Assembly (NCBI GenBank): GCA_963817895.1
Contig: CAWFQB010000002.1
Coordinates: 320,001 to 384,000 of the forward strand
DNA from: an uncultured Chthonomonadaceae bacterium
Lineage (GTDB): Bacteria > Armatimonadota > Chthonomonadetes > Chthonomonadales > Chthonomonadaceae
Reading direction: 5' to 3'
DNA length: 64,000 nucleotides
The notes beneath the pieces are model-generated. The model saw only the letters and a program-made list of their open reading frames with translations. It made no database searches and was not told where the DNA came from. Below are positions 29,508-38,281 of this stretch, piece by piece; positions within the stretch are counted from its first letter, which is position 1, and the number at the start of each line of letters is the position of its first letter. The position numbers were made by a program, and so were the translations under genes.

Positions 29508-29834
29508 ATGCAACTATCCCCCATTGAAAAAACCGTATTGGAAGGCGAGATTATTGAGGCGATTCGGACGGTCTACGACCCCGAAATTCCCGTCAATGTG
29601 TACGACCTCGGCCTGATTTATAACATTGACATCAGCGCGGACGCCGATGTTCATATTCAAATGACGCTGACATCGCCGGGCTGTCCGGTGGCGGGTACGT
29701 TGCCGCCCGAAGTGGAAGAAAAGGCGGAAAGCGTCCCCGGCGTTCGCGAAGCCAGCGTGGAAATCGTATGGGAACCGCAGTGGACAATGGACAGGATGAC
29801 CGACGAAGCGAAACTGGATTTGGGACTGTTTTAG
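29508..29834 (+). CDS. sufT: DUF59/SufT Fe-S maturation factor
   Basis: VYDPEIPVNVYDLGLIY and MTLTSPGCP. Confidence 0.92.
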   Translation: MQLSPIEKTVLEGEIIEAIRTVYDPEIPVNVYDLGLIYNIDISADADVHIQMTLTSPGCPVAGTLPPEVEEKAESVPGVREASVEIVWEPQWTMDRMTDEAKLDLGLF

Positions 29835-29843
29835 GAGACGAAC

Positions 29844-30212
29844 ATGAGCGACACATTGGAAGCGGTGAATGAAACGGCGGCGGTGCTGACGCTGACGCCG
29901 AACGCGGTGCGACAGGTGAAGTTTCTGATTCACAAGCAGGGCAATCCGAACCTCGGTCTACGGGTGGGCGTGAAGGGCGGCGGCTGTTCCGGCCTTTCTT
30001 ACACCATGACGCTGGACGCGAACACGACTGATCGCGACCTTGTCACGGAAATAGACGGCATCAACGTCATTGTAGATCGCCGCGCCGTGAAATTTCTGGA
30101 AGGCACAATGCTGGATTACTCTACCAAAAATCTGCTGGAAGGCGGCTGGCTGTGGAGCAACCCGAACGCGCAACGCAGTTGCGGGTGTGGCACGTCCTTC
30201 ACGCCGAAGTAG
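29844..30212 (+). CDS. iscA: A-type Fe-S carrier (IscA/SufA)
   Basis: GGGCSGLSY and SCGCGTSF. Confidence 0.92.
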   Translation: MSDTLEAVNETAAVLTLTPNAVRQVKFLIHKQGNPNLGLRVGVKGGGCSGLSYTMTLDANTTDRDLVTEIDGINVIVDRRAVKFLEGTMLDYSTKNLLEGGWLWSNPNAQRSCGCGTSFTPK

Positions 30213-30233
30213 TTTCTAACTATAACGGGCAAT

Positions 30234-30497
30234 CTAATCGTAAGGCCTGCCCACTGAAATTACTTCTCCTCCACACCGACCAATCTTTTCAGAAGTCGCG
30301 ATGCAAACTCCTTTCGGGAGTACCTCCCAACCATGGCGCAAGAATACGTTCTTCCTACACGAGGGGCAAAATCGTACGTCTGGAAGTGAGGTGCGCCTGA
30401 GCGCATCCCATTCTTTAGGACATCTGAACTTGAAAAGACGACCACATCTTTTTACAGTCGCAGGTTTCTGTTCTGTGTGAATCTTATCCATGTGCAT
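30234..30497 (-). CDS. Small Cys-rich hypothetical protein
   Basis: FKFRCPKEWDAL...VRFCPSC..NV putative metal-binding motif. Confidence 0.55.
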   Translation of the reverse strand: MHMDKIHTEQKPATVKRCGRLFKFRCPKEWDALRRTSLPDVRFCPSCRKNVFLRHGWEVLPKGVCIATSEKIGRCGGEVISVGRPYD

Positions 30498-30572
30498 CTC
30501 TTTGATTGCGTAACCGTCAGACCTACGTAAAAACGTATGTCTGACGGTTTTAACATGAGACAGCTCTATGGT

Positions 30573-31238
30573 TTATAATGAGAACGATCCATAGAAAGCG
30601 GTGTTCTGGTCTCTCTTTTCCCATGCGGAGCCAAGCGTTTTGTCAGCAATACCGCTGGTACGAGTGAATCCGACGCGACGGTCTTTCAGTTCCACGAGGG
30701 GCTTGTACCAGACGAGATGCGGCAGGGTGCAGCACTCGCGGTTCGTCATGGCTTCCACATTCAGGGTTGTCACGCCCTTTGCTTCTACGGCAAACGCTTC
30801 GTTCTTATGCGTGAACGTAATCGGAACGCGCTTCACTTCCACCACTTTGCCCAACGAACCCGCGTATTTCGTTTTCAGCGCGTCCGTGATGGCTTCCGCC
30901 TGCGCCGCAGTCGCGCTTGCGTCAACGTACAGAATGGAACGCCGCTCGGCCTGCTCGTCAATCAGGTTGGCCTCGCTGACGACGGACGCCACCGCCGACA
31001 GGCCCTTCAGGGATACACCGTTCCAGACGCCTTCGCGGATGTGCCACACCATTTCGGCTTCGCGCCCGGTCGTGGTCAGTTCGCCGTTGTAATGACACGC
31101 GCCCGCAAACACGCTGGCCGTCCGCGCTTCCACGTAATCGCCTGCAATATGGTTCGCTACGCTTTTGCCAATCGGTGTCGCCACACTCGCCATGCCGGAC
31201 ATGCACAGCAGGGACATAGATAATAGAAGTTGCCGCAT
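30573..31238 (-). CDS. Secreted DUF1326-like protein
   Basis: Signal peptide; GDYVEARTASVFAGACHYNGE and YVDASAT..Q..A. Confidence 0.7.
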   Translation of the reverse strand: MRQLLLSMSLLCMSGMASVATPIGKSVANHIAGDYVEARTASVFAGACHYNGELTTTGREAEMVWHIREGVWNGVSLKGLSAVASVVSEANLIDEQAERRSILYVDASATAAQAEAITDALKTKYAGSLGKVVEVKRVPITFTHKNEAFAVEAKGVTTLNVEAMTNRECCTLPHLVWYKPLVELKDRRVGFTRTSGIADKTLGSAWEKRDQNTAFYGSFSL

Positions 31239-31355
31239 AAGTTCTTTCTCCTGATCGCAGAAGGTCATTGCACTTTCCCTATTATATCATGTTCACGCCC
31301 TATCTGCGCGTTTCTGTCTCCCGTTTCTCATGCTATCACCGTCCCACATGAAAAC

Positions 31356-31408
31356 GCCTCCCCTCTCCTAGCGCGTTGCGCGGCAAGGAGAGGGGCCGGG
31401 GGTGAGGT
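31356..31408. repeat. Hairpin repeat of the CCTCACCCCC.GCCCCTCTCC...GGAGAGGG type
   Basis: Seen on the minus strand; a degenerate copy lies near 56575-56623. Confidence 0.55.
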
Positions 31409-31421
31409 TCGTTCGACAGGG

Positions 31422-31715
31422 CTACTCCGCAAACAATGACTTGTAACACGGACGATCCGGCTTGCAGTCGCTGGCGTGGGCGCGTTCGCCATCCGGCCCA
31501 ATGGCCTGCATGGTTCGGTTGCACCAGCAATGGTTGGTCACGTCCAGCAGATGCTGCTCTTCCGTCGGCATCTCCTGCAAAAAGTAATACTTCTTGCTGC
31601 GCAGTTCCCGGCAGAACGGACTCGTAACCGCTTCTTCCTGTCCCGTCGTCGTTTCGGCGGTTTCATGTTCCCCCGAAACCGCCGTTCGCTCAATCATTTC
31701 CATCAAGTTCGCCAT
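31422..31715 (-). CDS. Small Cys-rich protein in the xanthine-dehydrogenase-family operon
   Basis: C..LRSK, CWC..T...GPDG, C...RPCY. Confidence 0.7.
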   Translation of the reverse strand: MANLMEMIERTAVSGEHETAETTTGQEEAVTSPFCRELRSKKYYFLQEMPTEEQHLLDVTNHCWCNRTMQAIGPDGERAHASDCKPDRPCYKSLFAE

Positions 31716-31815
31716 GTGTGTATTGCCTTCAACATTCGCGTGTATTCGCGTTCATTCGCGGCTAACTCTTCCCGCATCCTTTTCGCGTCATTTTGCGCTT
31801 TTCGCGGTTCCCGTC

Positions 31816-32811
31816 CTACGCAACCGCCTGTTGAATGGCGCGGCGCACAAGGGTTTTGGTCAGCGGCACTTTGTAGCCATTCTGTTCTAAGGGAACCGCG
31901 CCGTCAAGCGCGGCTTCCGCGACGGCGTGAAGCGTTTCTTTTGTAACCGTTTTGCCTTTGAGCAGGGCTTCGGCTTTGGGAACGCGCCACGGAATGGGAG
32001 CCACGCCGCCAAGCGTGATACGCGCGTCCGTCACCGTGCTGCCGTCCATGGTAAGCGCAACCGCGCAGGCCGACATTGCCCAATCCATAGACTGCTTTTC
32101 GCGGAACTTCAGGTACGCGCTTCGAGCGGCAAGCGGCGAGGCGGGAACCAGAATCGCCGTGACGATCTCATCCGGTTTAAGAATGTTTTCGCGCAGCACG
32201 TTTTGGGTCGGCAGAATAAAGAACTGCTCCAAGGGAACGCTGCGCACACCGTTCGGCCCGGCAATCGTCACGCTTGCGCCCAATGCCACGAGCGCCGTTG
32301 CCGTATCGGATGGATGCACGATGAACGATGGCCCGCCGCCCAAAATGGCGTTGTACTTGTTCTCGCCCGCCGCCGCGTAGCACCGGTCGCCGCCTTTTTT
32401 CAGGCAGATGATATGCTCGTTGCGGTAGTACCAGCAACGCGGGCGCTGGCACAAATTGCCGCCCATCGTGCCCGCGTGGCGAATCTGCGGCGAACCAATT
32501 ACTTCCGCCGCCTGCGCTAATGCGGGAAAGTGTTTTCTTACATTGGCGTTTTCCGCCACATCCGCCACTTTGACGAGCGCCCCGATTTCCAGCCCCCGGC
32601 GCGAATCATACCTCAGTTTGTCCAAACCGGGAATGTGTTTCAGGTTGACGACGGATTCCGGTTCGACCAGATGGTCTTTCATCTCCGTCAGTAAATCCTG
32701 CCCGCCCGCCATGACGCGGATACGCCGGTTATTCACGTCCTGCGCGTCCAGAAGGCTGATAGCCTCCCGGACGCTGCCCGGATTGTGCAAATCAAAAGAG
32801 TTCATGCTCAT
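31816..32811 (-). CDS. FAD-binding subunit, xanthine dehydrogenase family (PaoB/YagS-like)
   Basis: AGGQDL, GGNLCQRPRCWYYR, HPSD and NGYKV. Confidence 0.92.
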   Translation of the reverse strand: MSMNSFDLHNPGSVREAISLLDAQDVNNRRIRVMAGGQDLLTEMKDHLVEPESVVNLKHIPGLDKLRYDSRRGLEIGALVKVADVAENANVRKHFPALAQAAEVIGSPQIRHAGTMGGNLCQRPRCWYYRNEHIICLKKGGDRCYAAAGENKYNAILGGGPSFIVHPSDTATALVALGASVTIAGPNGVRSVPLEQFFILPTQNVLRENILKPDEIVTAILVPASPLAARSAYLKFREKQSMDWAMSACAVALTMDGSTVTDARITLGGVAPIPWRVPKAEALLKGKTVTKETLHAVAEAALDGAVPLEQNGYKVPLTKTLVRRAIQQAVA

Positions 32812-32917
32812 AGTTCATCTCGTTGCCGGCCTGCGCAGGTATCCGGCGCAGGCCAATGGTTCATGTTTCTTCGCGAAATAAGCCCGGTAACACGGCCCTG
32901 CTTTGCCTATCCGGAGC

Positions 32918-33538
32918 CTATCTGCGTCTCAGGAATTTTTGTCCATAGTATAACACCTGCGCGACGGCAAGCACAGCGCCGCCCAGGAACATGCCGAAGC
33001 CTTCGGCAAGCGAGGGATGCTTGTCCTGTTCCAGAATGACATAATCCGGCGCAAGCGAGTCGTCCAGTTTAGACAATTCTTTGCGGGTATCACTGTCGGA
33101 ATGAAGGCCGGTTTGGATCATGCCTTCAATGTCGCGCGTCTGATAGGCGCGCTGCGGATTATCGGCAACAAACTTGATTGCGGATTTTTCGTCCGTAATG
33201 CCGCGCGTTCCGCGAACGGTGTCCAGGATGCCGGAGTCTGTGGTTTCCATCAGCAAGTACGTTTTCTCGCCTTTGTCTGCCAGCATTGCCTCTATCGAAG
33301 TGACGGGGACAAACGCCTTGTTAATGGTATGGGAAGTCTGATTTTCCGCATACGCGCTTTCAATCACGTTGAGATGCGCGTCCTTGATGCGAAACCATCC
33401 CTCCTGCGGTTTTTCCTTGAGGAATTGTTCGTAAGTCACCGTATGCGGCGAACGGAAACGCAGGCCTTCCATGATTCCAACAAAGCCAAAGATCAGCAGG
33501 CCAATCGTGACCCCTATCGCAAGTATCGCCAGACGCAT
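32918..33538 (-). CDS. Hypothetical membrane protein with N- and C-terminal TM helices
   Basis: GAAGGAGG RBS; two hydrophobic ends. Confidence 0.7.
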   Translation of the reverse strand: MRLAILAIGVTIGLLIFGFVGIMEGLRFRSPHTVTYEQFLKEKPQEGWFRIKDAHLNVIESAYAENQTSHTINKAFVPVTSIEAMLADKGEKTYLLMETTDSGILDTVRGTRGITDEKSAIKFVADNPQRAYQTRDIEGMIQTGLHSDSDTRKELSKLDDSLAPDYVILEQDKHPSLAEGFGMFLGGAVLAVAQVLYYGQKFLRRR

Positions 33539-33587
33539 CGTATCCTCCTTCATTCAGAACAGGTAACAGAGAAATGAACTCAGTGGT

Positions 33588-35840
33588 TTACGCTTTTTCA
33601 GCGTTGTTGTTCTGGCGCAGCTTTTCCAGCCCGTCCAGAATTTTGTCCGGCGTGATGGGCAGACTGTTGACGCGGACGCCGCAGGCGTTGTAAACCGCGT
33701 TGGCAATCGCGCTCGCGCCCGGAATGGCGGCGGGTTCGGCCATGCCGATAACCACGTCGCGGGTATCGCCATCATCAATCAGCGGGATCATTTCGGGCAT
33801 TTCCAGACAGCCGGGTATCTTGTACTCGTCCATTGTAATATTGAGCATATTGCCCGTGTACTCGTCTACGACGTGCTTTTCCAGAAGCGCGTAACCCAAC
33901 GCCTGTATCATGCCGCCGTTGAGTTGGCTTTGTACCGCGCGGCGATTGAGCGGCAGGCCGCAATCCTGAACGCCCACCATTTTCAACACGCGCGTCTGCC
34001 CGGTATCTAAATCTACTTCGACTTCGGCAAACTGAGCGCCATGTATGCCGTTGCCCGACAATCCGGGTTTCCATTCTCCGCGCGCGGTCAGCCCGCTTGC
34101 GCCCAGTGTAGCGCAAGCCTGTTTCCATGTCAGAGCCTTGTTCGGATTCTGGCTGGCATAAATTTTGCCGCCCTCGGCAACCAAATCTTCCGGTTTGGCT
34201 TTCAGGGCGGGGGCCACTTTCGCGAACATCAACAGGCGGGCATTGTAAGCCGCATCCTTCACGGCGGGCGCGAGCGAGGCCGTTGTCGTGCTGCCGCCGG
34301 ACGGGTTGGAGTTGCCATACGTGCTGCGCCCAAGCCGCGCTTCCACCGCTTTCAGGGGCAGGCCGAACTCTTCCGCCACAATCGCCGACATGTAGGTGCG
34401 GGTTCCCGTACCCAAATCCTGCGACCCGACCTGTACGCTGACGCTTCCATCCGACTTGATGAACACGTCTACCTGATTGGACGGCCCGCCGCCCCCGCCC
34501 CATGTCGCCATGCCGCAGCCCATGCCCCGCTTGCACGAATTGTACGGGCCGGACAGTTCGCCGCCACCGGGCGTTTTCGGGCGCTTTTCCCAACCCAACT
34601 CTTTCGCGCCCATGTCCAACTGCCGATGAAACGCCTTGTCCGTTGTGTTCTTTTTGCGGAAATCAATCGGGTCCATGTTGATTTTAGCGGCAAGGTCATC
34701 CACAAGCGATTCCATCGCGAACGATACCTGTGGATGTCCCGGCCCGCGCATGGAGAGCGAAGCGTCCTGATGGGTGTTGACGTGCGATTTATCCCGGTAC
34801 ACGTTCTGTACCTGATAGATGTACGGCAATCCCGCCAATCCGCCCTGCCCTAACCCGCCGAGTTCAAACTGTTCCGTCCGCAGGGCAATCAACGTGCCGT
34901 CTCTCTTTGCGCCCGCTTTTACTTTCTGCAAAGCCCCGTTGCGGTTGCCGCCCATGAGAAACTCTTCGGGGCGATTGAGCATCAGCTTCACAGGCGCTTT
35001 GGCCTGCTTGCTGAGTTGACAGGCGACGCCGCCGGGAAGCATCAGGCCGAACTTGCTGCCGAACCCGCCGCCCATGTGTTCCACAACGGAAACCACGTTC
35101 GGCGCTTTCAGTCCCAACGCGCTTGCCGCTTCGCCCGGAATGGAAAACGTCCACTGCGTACTCGCGTAAACCGTCGCCTTATCGCCCCCGTTATAATCCA
35201 CCACAACGCCGTGCGTTTCCAGACAAACGTGGTGCTGCATCGTGATCTCGTACTCGGCCTCGACAACCGCGTCGCACTGCGCGAACGCTTTGTCCACGTC
35301 GTTCAGGTCGCCGCGTTTTTCATCGTTCTGCGTGTTGCCTTTGGTTCCGCGCTTGTACACTTCCGGGGCGTCGGGTTTTGTGGCCTGCGCATACGTGACC
35401 GCGTGTGGCCGCTTTTTATACTCCACTTTGATGGCGCGAATGGCGTCTTCGGCGATTTCGGGCGTGATGGCAGCAACGGCGGCAATCGGGTCGCCCTCGT
35501 ACTTGGCCTCCGTTTTGCCCATCGTCATGACGGCCTTGACGCCGTTCATCTTTTCCGCCGCGCTCGTATCCACGCTGACCACGTCCGCGCTGGCGTGTGG
35601 AGAGTGCAAAATCCGCCCGTACAACATGCCCGGAAGCCGAACATCATACGTATATTTCGCCATGCCGCTCGCTTTGGCCGGACCGTCCAGTCGTTCCAGA
35701 TCGGTGTTGAGCAGTTTGTGGCTGCCCCGCGCCCCCCACGTCAGCCCGCCCACATCGTCAACCTCGATCTCAACAAGGGTATCCTGCCCGTTCACGACAC
35801 GCGGCACTTTTATCTTTTTCTTTTTGGGTGGTGTTTGCAT
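33588..35840 (-). CDS. Molybdopterin-binding subunit, xanthine dehydrogenase family (PaoC/YagR-like)
   Basis: GGGFGSK, MRGPG, QDLGTG, SGGS and AIANAVYNACG. Confidence 0.93.
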   Translation of the reverse strand: MQTPPKKKKIKVPRVVNGQDTLVEIEVDDVGGLTWGARGSHKLLNTDLERLDGPAKASGMAKYTYDVRLPGMLYGRILHSPHASADVVSVDTSAAEKMNGVKAVMTMGKTEAKYEGDPIAAVAAITPEIAEDAIRAIKVEYKKRPHAVTYAQATKPDAPEVYKRGTKGNTQNDEKRGDLNDVDKAFAQCDAVVEAEYEITMQHHVCLETHGVVVDYNGGDKATVYASTQWTFSIPGEAASALGLKAPNVVSVVEHMGGGFGSKFGLMLPGGVACQLSKQAKAPVKLMLNRPEEFLMGGNRNGALQKVKAGAKRDGTLIALRTEQFELGGLGQGGLAGLPYIYQVQNVYRDKSHVNTHQDASLSMRGPGHPQVSFAMESLVDDLAAKINMDPIDFRKKNTTDKAFHRQLDMGAKELGWEKRPKTPGGGELSGPYNSCKRGMGCGMATWGGGGGPSNQVDVFIKSDGSVSVQVGSQDLGTGTRTYMSAIVAEEFGLPLKAVEARLGRSTYGNSNPSGGSTTTASLAPAVKDAAYNARLLMFAKVAPALKAKPEDLVAEGGKIYASQNPNKALTWKQACATLGASGLTARGEWKPGLSGNGIHGAQFAEVEVDLDTGQTRVLKMVGVQDCGLPLNRRAVQSQLNGGMIQALGYALLEKHVVDEYTGNMLNITMDEYKIPGCLEMPEMIPLIDDGDTRDVVIGMAEPAAIPGASAIANAVYNACGVRVNSLPITPDKILDGLEKLRQNNNAEKA

Positions 35841-35851
35841 GATGAACCTCG

Positions 35852-35956
35852 GAGGTTTCAGGTGTCAGGTGTCAGGAAAAACATTTCTGCTCTTGTCTCA
35901 TCTTGTTGTAGCGAAAAGCACTTCCCTGACACCTGAAACCTGAAACCTGAAACCTT
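35852..35956. repeat. Inverted heptamer repeat hairpin (GGTTTCA/GGTGTCA)n ... (TGAAACC)n
   Basis: Seen directly. Confidence 0.85.
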
Positions 35957-35957
35957 C

Positions 35958-36614
35958 CTAACCTTTTTTTGCCGCCGCCAACGCCGCTTCAAAAATATGC
36001 GGGTAGGTTCCGCAACGGCAGACATTGCCCGCGCAGGCATGCTGCACGTCTGTGAGCGTGGGATTCGGGTTGCGCTGCAAGAGCGCGTGTACGGACGTGA
36101 TGAAACCGGGCGTACAAAAGCCGCACATCAGCGCGTCATGCTCCACGAACGCCTGCTGCACCGCGCTGAGTTGCCCGTTTCGGGTGAGTAACCCTTCTAC
36201 GGTGGTGATATGCTTGCCGGCCACATCTACGGCAAGCAACATGCAGGCGTACATGGTTTTGCCATCCACCAGCACGGTACACGCGCCACACGCGCCCTGA
36301 TCGCACACGAGTTTTGGGCCGGTCACAGGCGGTTCGGCATGGTTGCGCAGGGCGTTGACAAGGGTAGTGCGCGGCTCTACCTGCATGGTCATGGCTTTCC
36401 CATTGACATTGAGCGTCACGTTCTGGAAGCCTTTGGGGAGGGTGGCGGTTTCTCCGGCTTTGGCGGCGGGCGCAGCCTCCGCCTCTTTCGGCAGCAGCAG
36501 TTCCGCGCCCATCGTGGTTCCGGCCCCGGCCACGCCCAGCCCGCGTAAAAACTGGCGGCGATTGAAGCCTTTGTTCGGGTTATCGGTTGGTTCTTTGGGT
36601 TCGTTATCCGGCAT
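35958..36614 (-). CDS. 2x[2Fe-2S] subunit with Tat signal (PaoA/YagT-like)
   Basis: NRRQFL twin-arginine motif; CDQGACGAC, CGFCTPG and CRCG. Confidence 0.93.
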   Translation of the reverse strand: MPDNEPKEPTDNPNKGFNRRQFLRGLGVAGAGTTMGAELLLPKEAEAAPAAKAGETATLPKGFQNVTLNVNGKAMTMQVEPRTTLVNALRNHAEPPVTGPKLVCDQGACGACTVLVDGKTMYACMLLAVDVAGKHITTVEGLLTRNGQLSAVQQAFVEHDALMCGFCTPGFITSVHALLQRNPNPTLTDVQHACAGNVCRCGTYPHIFEAALAAAKKG

Positions 36615-36966
36615 AAACGTGTCTTTCGTTGCGGTTACAAGATGTGTGAAATACTCAAAATTCGGGAAACAGGCAAAACGCGGCAGAAAAGGCCAATGTT
36701 TGCGATTCTATCCTTCATTCACGTTTCGACGCAGAAAATCCTTTATATTTTTCGGAAGATTTATTTCAGAGTTCTATCGGCGTGATTTCTGCCACTTCTT
36801 GAGGATTGCGTTTTGCGCTAGCAGGTTTCCAATGTGTGTCGTCTAGCTTCTAAGGTTTCGGTTGCCACAAGAGCATTCTCCTCCTCAACAGCCATATACT
36901 AATGTTCATTATACCCGGCCTCTTACATTGAGCGGGAATATCAACAATAGGCCGCCTGGTATAGAT

Positions 36967-38193
36967 TTATGGAAGGCGCTTCTGAAGAAGCGTGTATGTT
37001 TCGCGGGCGATCTGGCGCTCTTCGTCCGTGGGAACGACCCACACGCGCCTGCCGTCATCCGTTCCAAGAGCGGCCGGTTCCGGGCCGTTAATGTCAACAT
37101 TCAGGGTTTCATTCAATCCTAATCCCATAAACTCCAACCCGGCGCAGATGCGTTCGCGCGTTTTGAAGGCGTGGGAACCAATTTTATCTGTGAAGATCAA
37201 GGCGTCTACGCCGCCCATGGCCGCCGCATACGCGCCGATAGTTTTGCGGATACGGTACGCGAAGGCTTCCAATGCCAGTTTCGCCCACTCATTGCCCTCG
37301 TTTGTCGCTTTTTCCAGATCGCGAACGTCGCTGCTCAATCCGTTCGACAGGCCAAGCAGTCCGCTTTTTTTGTTGAGCAAGTCTGCCACGTCTGCCGCGC
37401 TCATGTTGAGAGCTTGCAGCAGGTACAGGACGAGGCCGGGGTCAATATCCCCCGACCGCGTTCCCATAATCAAGCCCTCCATTGGCGTAAATCCCATGCT
37501 CGTATCCACGCTTTTGCCGTTGCTCACCGCGCACACGCTGGCCCCGCCGCCTAAATGACAGAGTATCAGCCGTGTGCCAACGGCTTCCCATCCAAGCGCG
37601 AGGAGGGCGCGTTCCGTCACATAAGCATAGGAAATGCCATGAAAACCGTAGCGGCGCAGATGGTGTTGCCGCGCGAGTTCGTGAGGGATAGCGTACTGCG
37701 CCGCGACGGGCGGCAGGTCGTGGTGAAAGGCCGTGTCGAAAACGGCGATGTTGGGAACATCAGGCAGGGCGCGTATCGCGGCTTCAATTCCCGCTATGCT
37801 GCCGGGCGTGTGCAGGGGGGCCAGATTCGTCAGGCCACGCAACTGCTGTAAAACAGTTTTATCCACCCGAACCGGTTGGACAAAATCCGGCCCGCCATGC
37901 ACCACGCGATGCCCTACCGCGTCTACCGAAACGGTTTTGCCGCCGTTGTGTTCGGGCGCGACGAGCAGGCGCAGCGCCTGTTCCGCCGCTGACGCCACAT
38001 CCGGCGCGTCTATAGGCTTGCTCTGTTTATTCCCGCCGATGGTCAGCGTCAAATGCGTATCGGCTACGCCAACCCGCTCGATTTCCCCGACCGCCAGAAC
38101 ATTCTCCGGTTCGGTCAGCGGGCGCGGCGTTTCCATCTCATACAGGCAGAACTTCAGGCTGGAACTGCCCGCGTTCAGCGCGAGAATATTCAT
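36967..38193 (-). CDS. ackA: Acetate kinase
   Basis: LNAGSSSLK, GHRVVHGG, RRYGFHG and PTDEE. Confidence 0.95.
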   Translation of the reverse strand: MNILALNAGSSSLKFCLYEMETPRPLTEPENVLAVGEIERVGVADTHLTLTIGGNKQSKPIDAPDVASAAEQALRLLVAPEHNGGKTVSVDAVGHRVVHGGPDFVQPVRVDKTVLQQLRGLTNLAPLHTPGSIAGIEAAIRALPDVPNIAVFDTAFHHDLPPVAAQYAIPHELARQHHLRRYGFHGISYAYVTERALLALGWEAVGTRLILCHLGGGASVCAVSNGKSVDTSMGFTPMEGLIMGTRSGDIDPGLVLYLLQALNMSAADVADLLNKKSGLLGLSNGLSSDVRDLEKATNEGNEWAKLALEAFAYRIRKTIGAYAAAMGGVDALIFTDKIGSHAFKTRERICAGLEFMGLGLNETLNVDINGPEPAALGTDDGRRVWVVPTDEERQIARETYTLLQKRLP

Positions 38194-38239
38194 TCCGGCT
38201 TTCCCTTGTTGCTTCTTGTATACGGTGTCTGTATGCGCC

Positions 38240-38265
38240 CGTAGGGACACAACATGTTGTGTCCA
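38240..38265. repeat. REP-like palindrome CGTAGGGACACAACATGTTGTGTCC
   Basis: GTAG-headed palindrome between xfp and ackA. Confidence 0.55.
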
Positions 38266-38281
38266 AAATGCCGTAAACCCA

